The position numbers and the translations under genes were made by a program. Under the pieces are notes generated by a model that was not told where the DNA came from, ran no database searches, and saw only the letters and a list, made by a program, of their open reading frames with translations. Positions 44,119 to 53,450 of a DNA stretch of 57,195 nt are shown piece by piece. Location: positions 1 through 57,195 of IMG/VR virus record IMGVR_UViG_3300021560_000003; one strand, 5' to 3'. The DNA is from a virus. Lineage: Duplodnaviria; Caudoviricetes. How positions within the stretch are numbered: the first letter of the stretch is position 1; every line of letters starts with the position of its first letter.

Positions 44119-45558
44119 TCAGCCGTTCTCGACGAGCGGCGGCCCGAATAGGGTCTCGATCTGGCCGGTGTATTCCTTCTCGCCGACATGGATCAGGTTG
44201 ATCGTCGGATCGAACCAGACGCGGCCGCCGACCTCGCGCCACGAGCGGCAGAAATCATAGTCCTCGCCCGGCTCGTCCGGGTCGTCGTGCGGAAACCTGA
44301 AAAAGCGGTAGTAATTGGCACGCTCGGCGTCCGACATTTTCGGGTCGCCGTTCAGTTTCCACTCGGGATGCGCGGCGATCAGCTGCTCGAAGACCGAGCG
44401 CTCGATTTTCATAAAGGCAGTGCCGACGCTCTCGACCTCGATCGCGCCCATCTCGTCCTGGGTCAATTCGCGGCCGAGCCAGCGGCAGCACCACTTGCGG
44501 ATATCGCCGTCCTCGAGCTCGACTTTTTTGGCGCCGACCCCGGCGATGAGCGGCTGCTTTGAGGCCAGCAGCCGCACGATGTCGTTCTCGTCCCAGCCCA
44601 TGTCGTCGTCGATAAAGACCAGGTCGGTGTGGTCCGAGGCGAGAAACGTCGCGACGAGCTCGTTGCGCGCGCGCGGCAAGTTGCTGCAGCCGACGACTTG
44701 CTGGAAATAGGCGGCAATGCCGAGCTTCATCAAATGCGCGGTCGTGCGGATCGCGGCGTTGGTAAACTGGCGGCAAGGGTGCCGCGCGATCGGCGTCGCG
44801 ATAAAGACGCGGCGCGATCTGGCGCGCTTGAGGCGCGCGACCATCGGCACAGGATCCGCGAGCGCCTCGATCGCCCTGGCGCCGGTCGCCGCGGCGCCGG
44901 CGAGCCAGTCGCGATAGACCTCCTCGTCATTGGCCCAAAGGCCGCGCGCGCGGTCGGGCCCCGGGTGCGCCGCGGTAAACCCCTCGCCATAGGCGGCGCG
45001 GTGCGTGTCGTCGGTGGCCGCCGCGCCCGCCAAGACATGCGCGTGGCGGACCATGACGTCCATGCGCACTTCCCAGGCGCCGGTGGCGCGGCCGAGCCGC
45101 TCCCAGACGTCATCGACAAACAAATGGCACAGGCCGGGCGGGAAGATGTAGCCGACGGCGCGCACCACCGGCCCCGACATCAGCCAGCAATTGGCGATGC
45201 GCTCGGGCGCGAGCCAGCCGTCGTTGCAGCTGACGATGCCGGCGCTCGCCAGCTGGCCCACCATCAGCCGGTCCCAACCCGGCGTCTCCGGGATGCAATC
45301 GTCGCCGATCAGGCCGAGCCAGGCGCAATCGGCGATCTCGCCCCACACCTCGCGGATCTTGTCGCCTTGCGTCTCGCCGCCGGTCGGCCGGATAAACCAA
45401 TTGGCCGGCATCGCGAGCGCGTCGTAGGCCTCGCGGTTGTCGGCGAAATCCGCCGCATCGATGAGAACCATGCCCGGCGTCGTCGTGCCGGTCGCCTCGC
45501 ATGCCGCAAAAAAGCGCGCGAGATTCGCCGGTCGTCGCCGGCTAGGCAGCAGCCACAT
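44119..45558 (-). CDS. Double GT-A (GT2-like) glycosyltransferase
   Basis: Domain 1: LPSR.RP, GDD, HLFVDD, H.H; domain 2: FIATP, RARN.LV..FL, FIDDD, GTAFM.I.R.VF, GEDY.FC. Confidence 0.85.
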   Translation of the reverse strand: MWLLPSRRRPANLARFFAACEATGTTTPGMVLIDAADFADNREAYDALAMPANWFIRPTGGETQGDKIREVWGEIADCAWLGLIGDDCIPETPGWDRLMVGQLASAGIVSCNDGWLAPERIANCWLMSGPVVRAVGYIFPPGLCHLFVDDVWERLGRATGAWEVRMDVMVRHAHVLAGAAATDDTHRAAYGEGFTAAHPGPDRARGLWANDEEVYRDWLAGAAATGARAIEALADPVPMVARLKRARSRRVFIATPIARHPCRQFTNAAIRTTAHLMKLGIAAYFQQVVGCSNLPRARNELVATFLASDHTDLVFIDDDMGWDENDIVRLLASKQPLIAGVGAKKVELEDGDIRKWCCRWLGRELTQDEMGAIEVESVGTAFMKIERSVFEQLIAAHPEWKLNGDPKMSDAERANYYRFFRFPHDDPDEPGEDYDFCRSWREVGGRVWFDPTINLIHVGEKEYTGQIETLFGPPLVENG

Positions 45559-45565
45559 TGGCCCT

Positions 45566-46180
45566 CTATGCTCTGCGGTAGATGTCGTTGATCGCGAGCG
45601 TCGCGATCTTGCGGTAGCCGGCGGCCGCCATCAGCGCCTCGACCAAAGGCTCGCCGTAATTGTTCTCGACGTCGACGACGTCGATCGCGAAATCGGCAAA
45701 GCCGCGTGCCAGGAACGGCGCCAATACCGTAGCCTCGGCGCCCTCGACGTCGATACTGAGGTAATCGATCTCATAGAGGCCAAAGTGCTCCAGGATCGCG
45801 GCGAGCGGCGCCGTTGCGATGTGAAACTGCGCGACGGCGGCGGCGCCGATCCGCTGGCGGTGGCGGCCGTCTATCTGTCCGGTCAGCCCGCTCCAGCCGG
45901 TGACGCCCTCGACCGCGGTAAATTCGGCGATGCCGAACGCCGAACCGACGGCGCCCAATGCCTTGCGCGCGCGCCGGCCGCTGCTCAGCAGGCCGCAGAA
46001 CGAGCGCGGGTTGGCCTCGACCAAGAGGCCATCCCAGCCGCGCTCGCGCTCGAAAAACAGCGTGTTGCTGCCCTCGAGCCCGTCGAGCGCGCCGAATTCG
46101 ACAAAGACGCCGCCCTCTTTGCCGCGAAAGACGTTTTCCTCGAGCCAGCGATCCTGGCCGTGCTCGGAGTAGTACATCAC
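45566..46180 (-). CDS. FkbM-family methyltransferase
   Basis: YSEHGQD, FVEFGALDG..GSNT.FFE...GW.GLLVEAN, IDYLSIDVEGAE. Confidence 0.92.
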   Translation of the reverse strand: MMYYSEHGQDRWLEENVFRGKEGGVFVEFGALDGLEGSNTLFFERERGWDGLLVEANPRSFCGLLSSGRRARKALGAVGSAFGIAEFTAVEGVTGWSGLTGQIDGRHRQRIGAAAVAQFHIATAPLAAILEHFGLYEIDYLSIDVEGAEATVLAPFLARGFADFAIDVVDVENNYGEPLVEALMAAAGYRKIATLAINDIYRRA

Positions 46181-47361
46181 GGCGCCAGCAAGGCGCGCAC
46201 GGCGCCGCGCGCGTCGGCAAATTGCGCCAGCTTGACGACATGCGCGGCCTTGTATTGCAGGCGCGCGCGGTCGATCAGGTCGCCGCGGAACTCGCCATAG
46301 GGCTCAAGCTCGGCGTCGCCGCGCCGCGCCCAATAATTGCCGTCGATACCGTCGCAGACCGCCATTGCGCGGCAACCCCGGCACTTCTCCGGGAATACCT
46401 TGCTGCCGCCGGCCCGGGCGGCGATCAGCGGTGTGCCGCGGCGGTAAAACTCCAGCGGATAGTGGGCCTCGGCGTCGTGCAGCGGCAATGGCGCCCCCAT
46501 TGCGCGCATAGTTGCCGGCGTCGCCGTCTCGGGGTCGGCGCGGTGGTCGATCGCGTTGCCCCATTCGTGCGGGTCGTGGCGGACGCCGACAATGCCGACG
46601 TGGTTCTTTTCCATGCCGCGGACCGTGCATTGCGGAGCGTAGCGGATCGTCGCGCCAATGCCGGCCGCCTCGACGATTGCGACCGCCTCGCGCAGATACG
46701 GCGCGATCGCGCTGTAGGCGACGCGGTGGTCGTCGACGTGCTCCTCGCTCGCCCATTGGTAGTAAGGCATGAAATAGAGCCAGGTCGTCTGGTAGACCTC
46801 GCCCCTGGCCGCGATCCAGCGCGCGATCGCCGGCAGCTCGGCATAGTTGGCCTCGGTGATCGTCGTATTGGTGACGCACTGAAAGCCGCGGCGCTGCAAT
46901 TCGTCCATTGCCGCGACGAGCGGCGCGAGCTCGCCGCCGGTCATCGATTTGAACAGCGCCGGCTCGGTGGCGTGCAGCGAGAAGCGAAAATCAACCAGCC
47001 CGGCGTCGAGTAGGCGCGCCAAGAGGTCGCGTTTGCCGAGAAACTGGCCGAGCGTAATGATCCGGCTCGCCAGCCCCCGGCGCGTCGCGTGCGCGACGAT
47101 ATCGACGATCGCCGGGTGCGCCGTCGGCTCGCCGCCGGTGATATCGGCGCCGAGAAAGCCGTGCTCGGCGAGCGAGTCGACGAGCGCGAGCAAGTTCTCG
47201 GCCGAGTGCCATTTGGCGCGCCGCATGCCGGCGAACTGGTCGGCGCCGCCGTCGAGGTAGCTGTAGAAGCAGTGCCGGCAGCTATGAACGCACTTCAAGC
47301 CGACATCGACGACCCCCCAGCGCGACAGCCGGCCGGGGGGATGGTGATAGAGGCCGCTCAA
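46177..47361 (-). CDS. Radical SAM enzyme with C-terminal Cys cluster (SPASM/twitch-like)
   Basis: CVHSCRHC, ITGGEPT.H, FSLH, CRGC....VCDG. Confidence 0.9.
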   Translation of the reverse strand: MSGLYHHPPGRLSRWGVVDVGLKCVHSCRHCFYSYLDGGADQFAGMRRAKWHSAENLLALVDSLAEHGFLGADITGGEPTAHPAIVDIVAHATRRGLASRIITLGQFLGKRDLLARLLDAGLVDFRFSLHATEPALFKSMTGGELAPLVAAMDELQRRGFQCVTNTTITEANYAELPAIARWIAARGEVYQTTWLYFMPYYQWASEEHVDDHRVAYSAIAPYLREAVAIVEAAGIGATIRYAPQCTVRGMEKNHVGIVGVRHDPHEWGNAIDHRADPETATPATMRAMGAPLPLHDAEAHYPLEFYRRGTPLIAARAGGSKVFPEKCRGCRAMAVCDGIDGNYWARRGDAELEPYGEFRGDLIDRARLQYKAAHVVKLAQFADARGAVRALLAP

Positions 47362-47546
47362 GCGCGCCTGCCGCTCTTGACGATTTCGCCGCGCTCGGTT
47401 GCCTCGGCAATGTCGACGAGATCGCGCTCGGGCGGCAGCGGCGGCGGCGACCGGACGGAATCATTGTTGCCGTACGGCGCCGCCGGCAGAGGGAAGCGCC
47501 GCCACGGATGGTCGGACCCGGGCGGCCGCGGCCGCGAATTTGCCAC
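47358..47546 (-). CDS. Small Pro-rich peptide
   Basis: GTG directly after the upstream TAA; stop overlaps the radical SAM start. Confidence 0.45.
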   Translation of the reverse strand: MANSRPRPPGSDHPWRRFPLPAAPYGNNDSVRSPPPLPPERDLVDIAEATERGEIVKSGRRA

Positions 47547-48023
47547 TTAGTTCGGCGCCGGCAGGCGGTCGAACCCGGCGAGGAAGCCGACGCCGTCGTA
47601 ATAGCCGGTGTCGGTGCCGGCGCGATTGAGGTCGGGGTTGAAATTGAACCGCACATAACGGCGGGCGGCGCGCAAATTGACCGCGACGTTGAACGAGCCT
47701 TTTTGCGTCGAGCCGCCGCTGGCGCCGGTCGCGACCAGCACATAGGTCGCGGTCTGGTAATCCGACCAGCCCGAATTGTCGGCGCTGTCTTGGACGGCAT
47801 ACCCGATCGACAGCGTTTGACCGCTGGCGAGAGTTGCCTCGTAGACGACGCCGGCGAGCATTGTCGACGGCAATGAGCCGGTCGAAAAGCCGGCGCGGTC
47901 GATCGCAATGCCGGTCGTGCTCGTCGCGTCGCCGGTGCCACCGGCCGTCGCGGTTGCGTGGTCGCTGAGGCGCACCAGGTCGCCAACGGCGCCGATATTG
48001 CGCTGCGTTACGATGTCAGCCAT
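47547..48023 (-). CDS. Capsid-associated (decoration) protein
   Basis: G..IDR.GF, VQDS.DNS.WSD, RRYVR; directly after MCP. Confidence 0.7.
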   Translation of the reverse strand: MADIVTQRNIGAVGDLVRLSDHATATAGGTGDATSTTGIAIDRAGFSTGSLPSTMLAGVVYEATLASGQTLSIGYAVQDSADNSGWSDYQTATYVLVATGASGGSTQKGSFNVAVNLRAARRYVRFNFNPDLNRAGTDTGYYDGVGFLAGFDRLPAPN

Positions 48024-48054
48024 CGCTCTCTTTCTCCTCTTCGAATTTTGCGGG

Positions 48055-49509
48055 TTAGCTGATGGCCGGGGCCCAGCGGACGGCCTGGATCACCGCCACG
48101 CTTTGATCATGCCTCATTTGGAAATCGTGCTCGGCGATCGCGCGGATCAAAGTCTGGTCGTTCTGAAAGGCGCTGACCGTATTGCCCGAGCTGTCGACGT
48201 AGCTGCCCTCGCGCGAGACCGCGAGCTCGAGGCTCATCGAGTCGAGCAGCATCGCCTCGTCCATTTCGACGAGGAAAATGAACGAGAGGTCGTTGTTCAC
48301 CGACGAGGCGTCGTGATAGTTGGTCCCGATCTGCGTCGTCTTGCGAAACGGGTAGGACAGCAAGGTGCCGCGCGTCAATTCCTCGCGGTAGACATAGACG
48401 CCCAGCGAGTTCTGCACGTTAAACAAGTAATTGAAGCTGCGCGGGTGCATGAACCACACGCGCTTTTCTTCCGGGACATTGGCGGTATCGAGCCGGTTGA
48501 CGCAGCCGCCGAGCTCGCTGGCAGCGGTCGCCAAGGTGTAGCTGGCGTTGCTGCTGATGAAGTTGCCGCCGGTCGAGTTCGCCGGATCGGCGCCGTTGAC
48601 CGCCAGGGTCGAGTTGCCGCTGGTGCTCCAGACGCCGATCGTACCGGAATTGAAGCCGACCCAGCCGTTGGCAAAGCTCAAGAAACCGCGCGGCGTGTCG
48701 GCGGTGCCGTCGTCCAAAATGAAGGCCTTGTCCTCGCGCAGCGCCATGATCTTCACGAGATCGTCGCGCACGAACGCGTCGACCGCCGGCTCGGCATAGC
48801 GCACCAAATCGTTGCTGACCGGAGTCAGCGCCGTCAGCTTCTTATACGACGCCACGATCTGGTTGAGCTTTTGCTGGCTCGACGTGATCTGCCCCACTTC
48901 CGAGCCATAGGTCGCGGTTGCCGCCGCCGCCTGGCCGGGCAAGGTCATCGTGCCGCGCGGCATCGGGATCACCCGCGGACCGGCGGCGCGCACGACCGCG
49001 CGCGGCCGCAAGAGCTCGATGATCTCGGCGACGTAGTCAGGCGGCACGATAAAGCCGCCCGATACCCCGGTGCCGGCGATCAGCGCGCGGGTAACCGGGT
49101 GCGCCTCGCCATAAATTTCGTTCGACGCCTGGCGCGCGCCCCACAAAGTGCCGCCGCCGGCGACCATCATGCGCAAGACGCCGCCGATTGAGAGCGATTT
49201 TGCCGAGCCGGCGATAAAGCCGCGCTGCGCCGCCAGGCGGGTTGCCGCCGCGTCGCTCACATAGGGGTCGGTCTCGACCGAGGCCGGCAGCGCGACGCGC
49301 TGCTGGCCCTCGACCGGCTGCGCGCCGCGCGCCGCGATCGCCTGCGCCTCGCGGGCGCGCTTGATGCGGTCGTCAAGCGTCTCGACGGCGTCGCGTTTCT
49401 GCTCGTATAGCTGCCGCTCAGCCTCGCTGAGCTCGGGTTGAGTGGCGAGGGCCTCGAATGCCTCGAAAGCCGCCGCTCTTTGGATGACGAGGTCGTGGAC
49501 CCTGTCCAT
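48055..49509 (-). CDS. HK97-fold major capsid protein with N-terminal delta domain
   Basis: GGFIVPPDY..EIIELLRP, KKL.ALTPVSNDL, AFQNDQT.IR.I.EHDF..RH. Confidence 0.95.
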   Translation of the reverse strand: MDRVHDLVIQRAAAFEAFEALATQPELSEAERQLYEQKRDAVETLDDRIKRAREAQAIAARGAQPVEGQQRVALPASVETDPYVSDAAATRLAAQRGFIAGSAKSLSIGGVLRMMVAGGGTLWGARQASNEIYGEAHPVTRALIAGTGVSGGFIVPPDYVAEIIELLRPRAVVRAAGPRVIPMPRGTMTLPGQAAAATATYGSEVGQITSSQQKLNQIVASYKKLTALTPVSNDLVRYAEPAVDAFVRDDLVKIMALREDKAFILDDGTADTPRGFLSFANGWVGFNSGTIGVWSTSGNSTLAVNGADPANSTGGNFISSNASYTLATAASELGGCVNRLDTANVPEEKRVWFMHPRSFNYLFNVQNSLGVYVYREELTRGTLLSYPFRKTTQIGTNYHDASSVNNDLSFIFLVEMDEAMLLDSMSLELAVSREGSYVDSSGNTVSAFQNDQTLIRAIAEHDFQMRHDQSVAVIQAVRWAPAIS

Positions 49510-49518
49510 GCCGTTGAT

Positions 49519-49664
49519 GCTCCACAAAGTCGGGTGGAGCGCGTCGCCGGTGGCTGCCGGCGCCCCGTTGCCAAGCGGGGAAGAGGGCTCACCGCCTACC
49601 CGGGCCAGCCACGCCCGGCGCTATTCACAGGGGGAGCGGAATGCCGCTCCGCTCGGGTAGGCGG
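49519..49664 (-). promoter_or_regulatory. Structured 5' leader of the capsid gene
   Basis: Five inverted repeats incl. 11-bp 49592-49602/49654-49664 and a 7-bp stem containing the GGAG SD. Confidence 0.5.
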
Positions 49665-49673
49665 CGATCGTTG

Positions 49674-51314
49674 CTAAACCGGGGGGCTGGCCAGGCGCAG
49701 GCGCTCGACCTGGCGCAGGCGAAAATCGAAATCGGCGCTGCGCGAGCCTTCGTCCTCGCCGATGCCGGCCGAGGTCTGAATGATGCGGTTTTTGTCCATA
49801 TCCGCCTGCATACCGTCGCCGACCGAGCGGACGGCGCGCTGGGCGGCCCGCACGCTGCGCGCAATGCCGCGGTGTGCGTCCTCCATCTCTTCGTGCTCGT
49901 CGAGCATGCCGTCGTGGTGGTCGGCCATCTTTTCGATCGCCCGGCCGATACTGGCATGGGCGCGCGCGGCGTTTTCGAGGGCTGCCGGCATCTTGTCCGC
50001 CGGCGCCGTCCGCACCGCCTCGATGGCGTTGCCGAGCTGGGCATGCTGGTCGGCCATGCGGCCGCGCGCGGTTTCCAATTCGCGGCGGTGACCGCCCATC
50101 GCGCTGCGGCACCGCTCAGCCGCGCGGTGATAATCGAGCGCCCGATCGTGGTGGTCGGAGGCCTGGGCGAGATAACGCGCATTGGCGTTGCTGATCGCCT
50201 TGCCGCCTCGCATTTGGCCGATGCGGAATTGCCGCAACAGGGGAGTCTTGGCTGCCATAACCATCGCAACACCGTTTTCGTTCATGTCCTCAATCTCATC
50301 AGCGGGATCGGCCTCGCTGCCCTCGCACAGCTCGGCGACTTCCTCGGCGGTCATCGCGACCAGCGCCGCGCCGAGGTTCTGCAGCACGCTGGCCAGCATC
50401 GCCGGCACCTGTGATTCGTCGCCCTCGAGCGCGCTTCCCATTTCGGCCGAGCATTTCGCGCCGCACAGGCAATCCATCAGCCAGGCGAGTTGCCCGACCA
50501 GCGCCATGCCGCGTAGCATCGGCGCCGCATCCGTAGTCTCCTGCACATTGCGGCGGCGCGCGGGCTCCCCGGCCCGATCGCCGCCATCTTTGCCGCCTTT
50601 GCCGTCCTCGGCCGACGGCGGCCCGTCCTTGTCGATTTTTTCTTTCCAGGCGGCGACGATCTCGGCCTCGATGTGCTTTAGCTGCTCGGCGGTGTAGGGC
50701 TTGCGGTCGTCTTCCTGGTGGATGTAGCTCCACGCCGCCTTGATGTGCTTTTCGGTGTCGAGCGGGTAGCGCGGTTTCCCGTCGCTTTGATAGCCGGGGT
50801 CGGCATAGTGCACGTCGCCGTAATCGCCCTGTGGCTTGTCGCCGTCTTTCCGCTGCAAAACAATCGCCTCCCGGTCGGCGGGCACCGACACGAATGAAAT
50901 TTCCATCAGCTCGGCGCGCAGCACGCGCTGCCCGCCGGCGCGACCCCGTTTCGGGTCGATCGGCTCGCTCTCCAGCGGGTCGAACCCGATTGAGACGGCG
51001 TTGATGACGCCCGATTTGACGAGGCCGCAGATTTCGTCGGCCTTGGCGCTGACCCCGGCCGGCGCAAACTCGACATCGGCGCAGAGGTCCTCGCCGTCCA
51101 TTTGCAGGCCGGCGGCGCGCGCCACCGGCGCCGTCGGGTCGTGCTGCCACAGCATCACCGGGTTGCGCCGGTAGGGCCCGAGCTCGATCCCGGCCGGCAC
51201 CACGATCATGCGGTCGCGGCCGAGCGCGTCGCCGCCGGTCGAGGCGCGCACGCGCACCTGGCGCGGGCCCAGCTCCGACATGGTCGCCGGAAGGGTGCGG
51301 CGGATCATCTTCAT
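49674..51314 (-). CDS. HK97 prohead protease with extra domains
   Basis: NPVMLWQHD, SIGF, ELMEISFVSVPAD; then YADPG...RYPLDT.KH.KAAWSYI domain and a His-rich helical region. Confidence 0.9.
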   Translation of the reverse strand: MKMIRRTLPATMSELGPRQVRVRASTGGDALGRDRMIVVPAGIELGPYRRNPVMLWQHDPTAPVARAAGLQMDGEDLCADVEFAPAGVSAKADEICGLVKSGVINAVSIGFDPLESEPIDPKRGRAGGQRVLRAELMEISFVSVPADREAIVLQRKDGDKPQGDYGDVHYADPGYQSDGKPRYPLDTEKHIKAAWSYIHQEDDRKPYTAEQLKHIEAEIVAAWKEKIDKDGPPSAEDGKGGKDGGDRAGEPARRRNVQETTDAAPMLRGMALVGQLAWLMDCLCGAKCSAEMGSALEGDESQVPAMLASVLQNLGAALVAMTAEEVAELCEGSEADPADEIEDMNENGVAMVMAAKTPLLRQFRIGQMRGGKAISNANARYLAQASDHHDRALDYHRAAERCRSAMGGHRRELETARGRMADQHAQLGNAIEAVRTAPADKMPAALENAARAHASIGRAIEKMADHHDGMLDEHEEMEDAHRGIARSVRAAQRAVRSVGDGMQADMDKNRIIQTSAGIGEDEGSRSADFDFRLRQVERLRLASPPV

Positions 51315-51327
51315 CGCGAATTTTTCC

Positions 51328-52674
51328 TTAATCGGACGGCGCGACGTCTTCTTCCGGCGCCTCGGTCAGATCGTGCGCGTTGGGCTGGTCGCCGCTGGTG
51401 CCGACCCCGGGTCGCGGCGGCTGGCCGTGCGGCGGCCGCCCGGCGCCGTCGGGCGCAACCCCGGTCATATCGCTGCCGAGCGCGGCGGTATTGGCCGGCA
51501 CGAGCAACTGGTCGGCGGCGCCGCCGCGCGCGCGCAGGCCTTCGGCCAGGCGCTCCTCATCCGGCGTCGTCAGGCCCGAGAGAATGCCGAGCCGCGCCGC
51601 GTTGCGCCGGGTCATGATGTCGGCCCTGATTAAATTCCGCTCGTCGAAATTGACTTGCAGGCCCTCGGCGTCGAGGCCGAAAACCTGCTCGAATTTCTGC
51701 TCCCAGCGCTCAAGGTCGGGAGCAATGGTTTCGTTCAAATAATTCTGGTCTTGCTGCGGGATCGACAAGCTGGCGGCGCGGTCGACGACCCAGACCTTGT
51801 GCGGCGGCACGCAAAAGTGCCGGCAAATGTCGAGCACCGAGAAATTGCGTTGCGCCATGAATTGCAAATCGACGCTGCTCAGCGCGACCGGCTTCCATTG
51901 CACGCCCTCCTCGAGGACGGCGGTGCGGCCGGTATTCTCGATGCCGGCGGTCAGCTGCTCCCACTGCGACTTCAGCCGCTTCGCGGCCTGGTCGGTCAGT
52001 TTGCTCGGGCTTTCGAGTACGCCCGACGGCCGCGCCCCTTGCCCCATCCAGCGCGAGGCCTGTTGCTCGAGCCCCATCGAGAGGCCGATTGCGTCGCGCG
52101 CCAGGCCGATCGGCGAGACCGCAACCAGGCTGTTGAAGCTCAGGCCGCGCAAATGGAACACATCCTCCTCGGGGATCGCGACCGGCAAATCGGCCAGCAT
52201 CGCGATCTGCCAGAGGCCGATGCGGTTGGTGTTGTAGAAAACCGAGCCGTCCGCGGCCTCGAGCACCATGACGGCGTCGGGGTTGATCGGGATCAGCTCT
52301 TCTGGCCGACCGCGGCGGTCGCGCAGGATCGCCGCGTAGGCGTTGCCGCGCAGCAGATAGCCGACCATCATCTGCTCGGCGAATTCGAACCAGGTCTGTT
52401 GCCGGTTCGGCGCTACAAACAGGCGCGAGACCGGATGGTCGTCGATCGTCTCGCGGCTGCCGTCGGCGAGCTGGCGATAGACCGACGGCGGGCAGCGCGC
52501 GACATCGACGGCGCGCCGGCGGACGCAGGCGTTGACCGTCGCGACGCCCATCGCCGTCGCCTGGCTGACCAAGAGGCCGGAGGCCGACGTTACCGAGCCC
52601 AGCGGCGGGATCATGCCGTAGGACGGCACGCCGGCCGCGGCGCGCTTTTGCATGCTGCCGAACAGGCCGCGCAT
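51328..52674 (-). CDS. HK97-family portal protein
   Basis: PN..QTWFEF, LLRGNAYA, VFHLRG, GARPSGVL, VLEEG..W, F.VPPH. Confidence 0.95.
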   Translation of the reverse strand: MRGLFGSMQKRAAAGVPSYGMIPPLGSVTSASGLLVSQATAMGVATVNACVRRRAVDVARCPPSVYRQLADGSRETIDDHPVSRLFVAPNRQQTWFEFAEQMMVGYLLRGNAYAAILRDRRGRPEELIPINPDAVMVLEAADGSVFYNTNRIGLWQIAMLADLPVAIPEEDVFHLRGLSFNSLVAVSPIGLARDAIGLSMGLEQQASRWMGQGARPSGVLESPSKLTDQAAKRLKSQWEQLTAGIENTGRTAVLEEGVQWKPVALSSVDLQFMAQRNFSVLDICRHFCVPPHKVWVVDRAASLSIPQQDQNYLNETIAPDLERWEQKFEQVFGLDAEGLQVNFDERNLIRADIMTRRNAARLGILSGLTTPDEERLAEGLRARGGAADQLLVPANTAALGSDMTGVAPDGAGRPPHGQPPRPGVGTSGDQPNAHDLTEAPEEDVAPSD

Positions 52675-52678
52675 TCGC

Positions 52679-52864
52679 TTATTCGCGCTCGCCGCGCGCC
52701 AACAGCCAGGCGCCGACGATCAGAAACGCGCCGAGCACGATCAATCCGGCCGGGCGGTAGATTTGCCACGCGCCGACCGTCGCCGCGGCGCCGCCGCCGA
52801 GCCCGGCAAGGTCGCGCACGATGACCGGCGTCGCGTCGCGCAGCGCGCCGAGTAGCTTTTTCAT
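52679..52864 (-). CDS. Small two-TM protein preceding portal
   Basis: D..GL.G....G.WQIY.PAGLIV.G; common at this position. Confidence 0.75.
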   Translation of the reverse strand: MKKLLGALRDATPVIVRDLAGLGGGAAATVGAWQIYRPAGLIVLGAFLIVGAWLLARGERE

Positions 52865-52894
52865 TCGGCGCACTCCGCTTGGGTTTAAGAAAGG

Positions 52895-53122
52895 TCAGCG
52901 GCGCAGCCGCACGCCCTCGCCGCCCGAGTTCACAGAAAATTCGATCCCGGCGGCTTTATAGGCCGCCGCCAGCCGCCGCAGGCTGCGCACGCTTACCGCC
53001 TGGTCGGCCTCCTCGGCGCGCCGGATCGTCCGCGCCGAGACGCCGGCGCGCTCGGCGAGCGCTTCCATCGTCCAGGTTAGCAAGGCGCGCGCCGCGCGCA
53101 GTTGTGCAGCCGTCGGCATCAT
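52895..53122 (-). CDS. XRE-family HTH regulator of the moron
   Basis: AQLRAARALL.W....LA..AGVS..TIRR.E...AAGIEF....G.GVRL. Confidence 0.88.
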   Translation of the reverse strand: MMPTAAQLRAARALLTWTMEALAERAGVSARTIRRAEEADQAVSVRSLRRLAAAYKAAGIEFSVNSGGEGVRLRR

Positions 53123-53200
53123 GACCCCGCGGGTTGTGGCCCGCGGACCCGCCGCTAGCAAGCCCCGATCACGAGGCCGCGCGCGAGAATAATCCTCTTT

Positions 53201-53330
53201 GGCCGCAAAGCGGCCTAAATATGTTGACACCGGGCCACCGATGGCCGAAACTCGGCATTAACCAATCACTATGAGGCCAGACTGATGGCGCGTCCCACCG
53301 CCGATCGCGGCGAATCACTCCATTAACCAA
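53201..53330 (+). promoter_or_regulatory. Moron promoter region
   Basis: TTGACA at 53224; palindromes GGCCGC-AAA-GCGGCC (53201) and GGCCA-CCGA-TGGCC (53233); CATTAACCAA at 53256 and 53321. Confidence 0.55.
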
Positions 53331-53450
53331 AAGTGCGGCGCGGCTAGGCCGGCCACCGAAAGGCCGGGCTTCCCCATCCCGGCTGCCGCGCCGACCCCAA
53401 ACTGGGGCCCCCGCCCGCTGGGGAGGGCAAGTTTTTCGGAGCTTTGCCCG

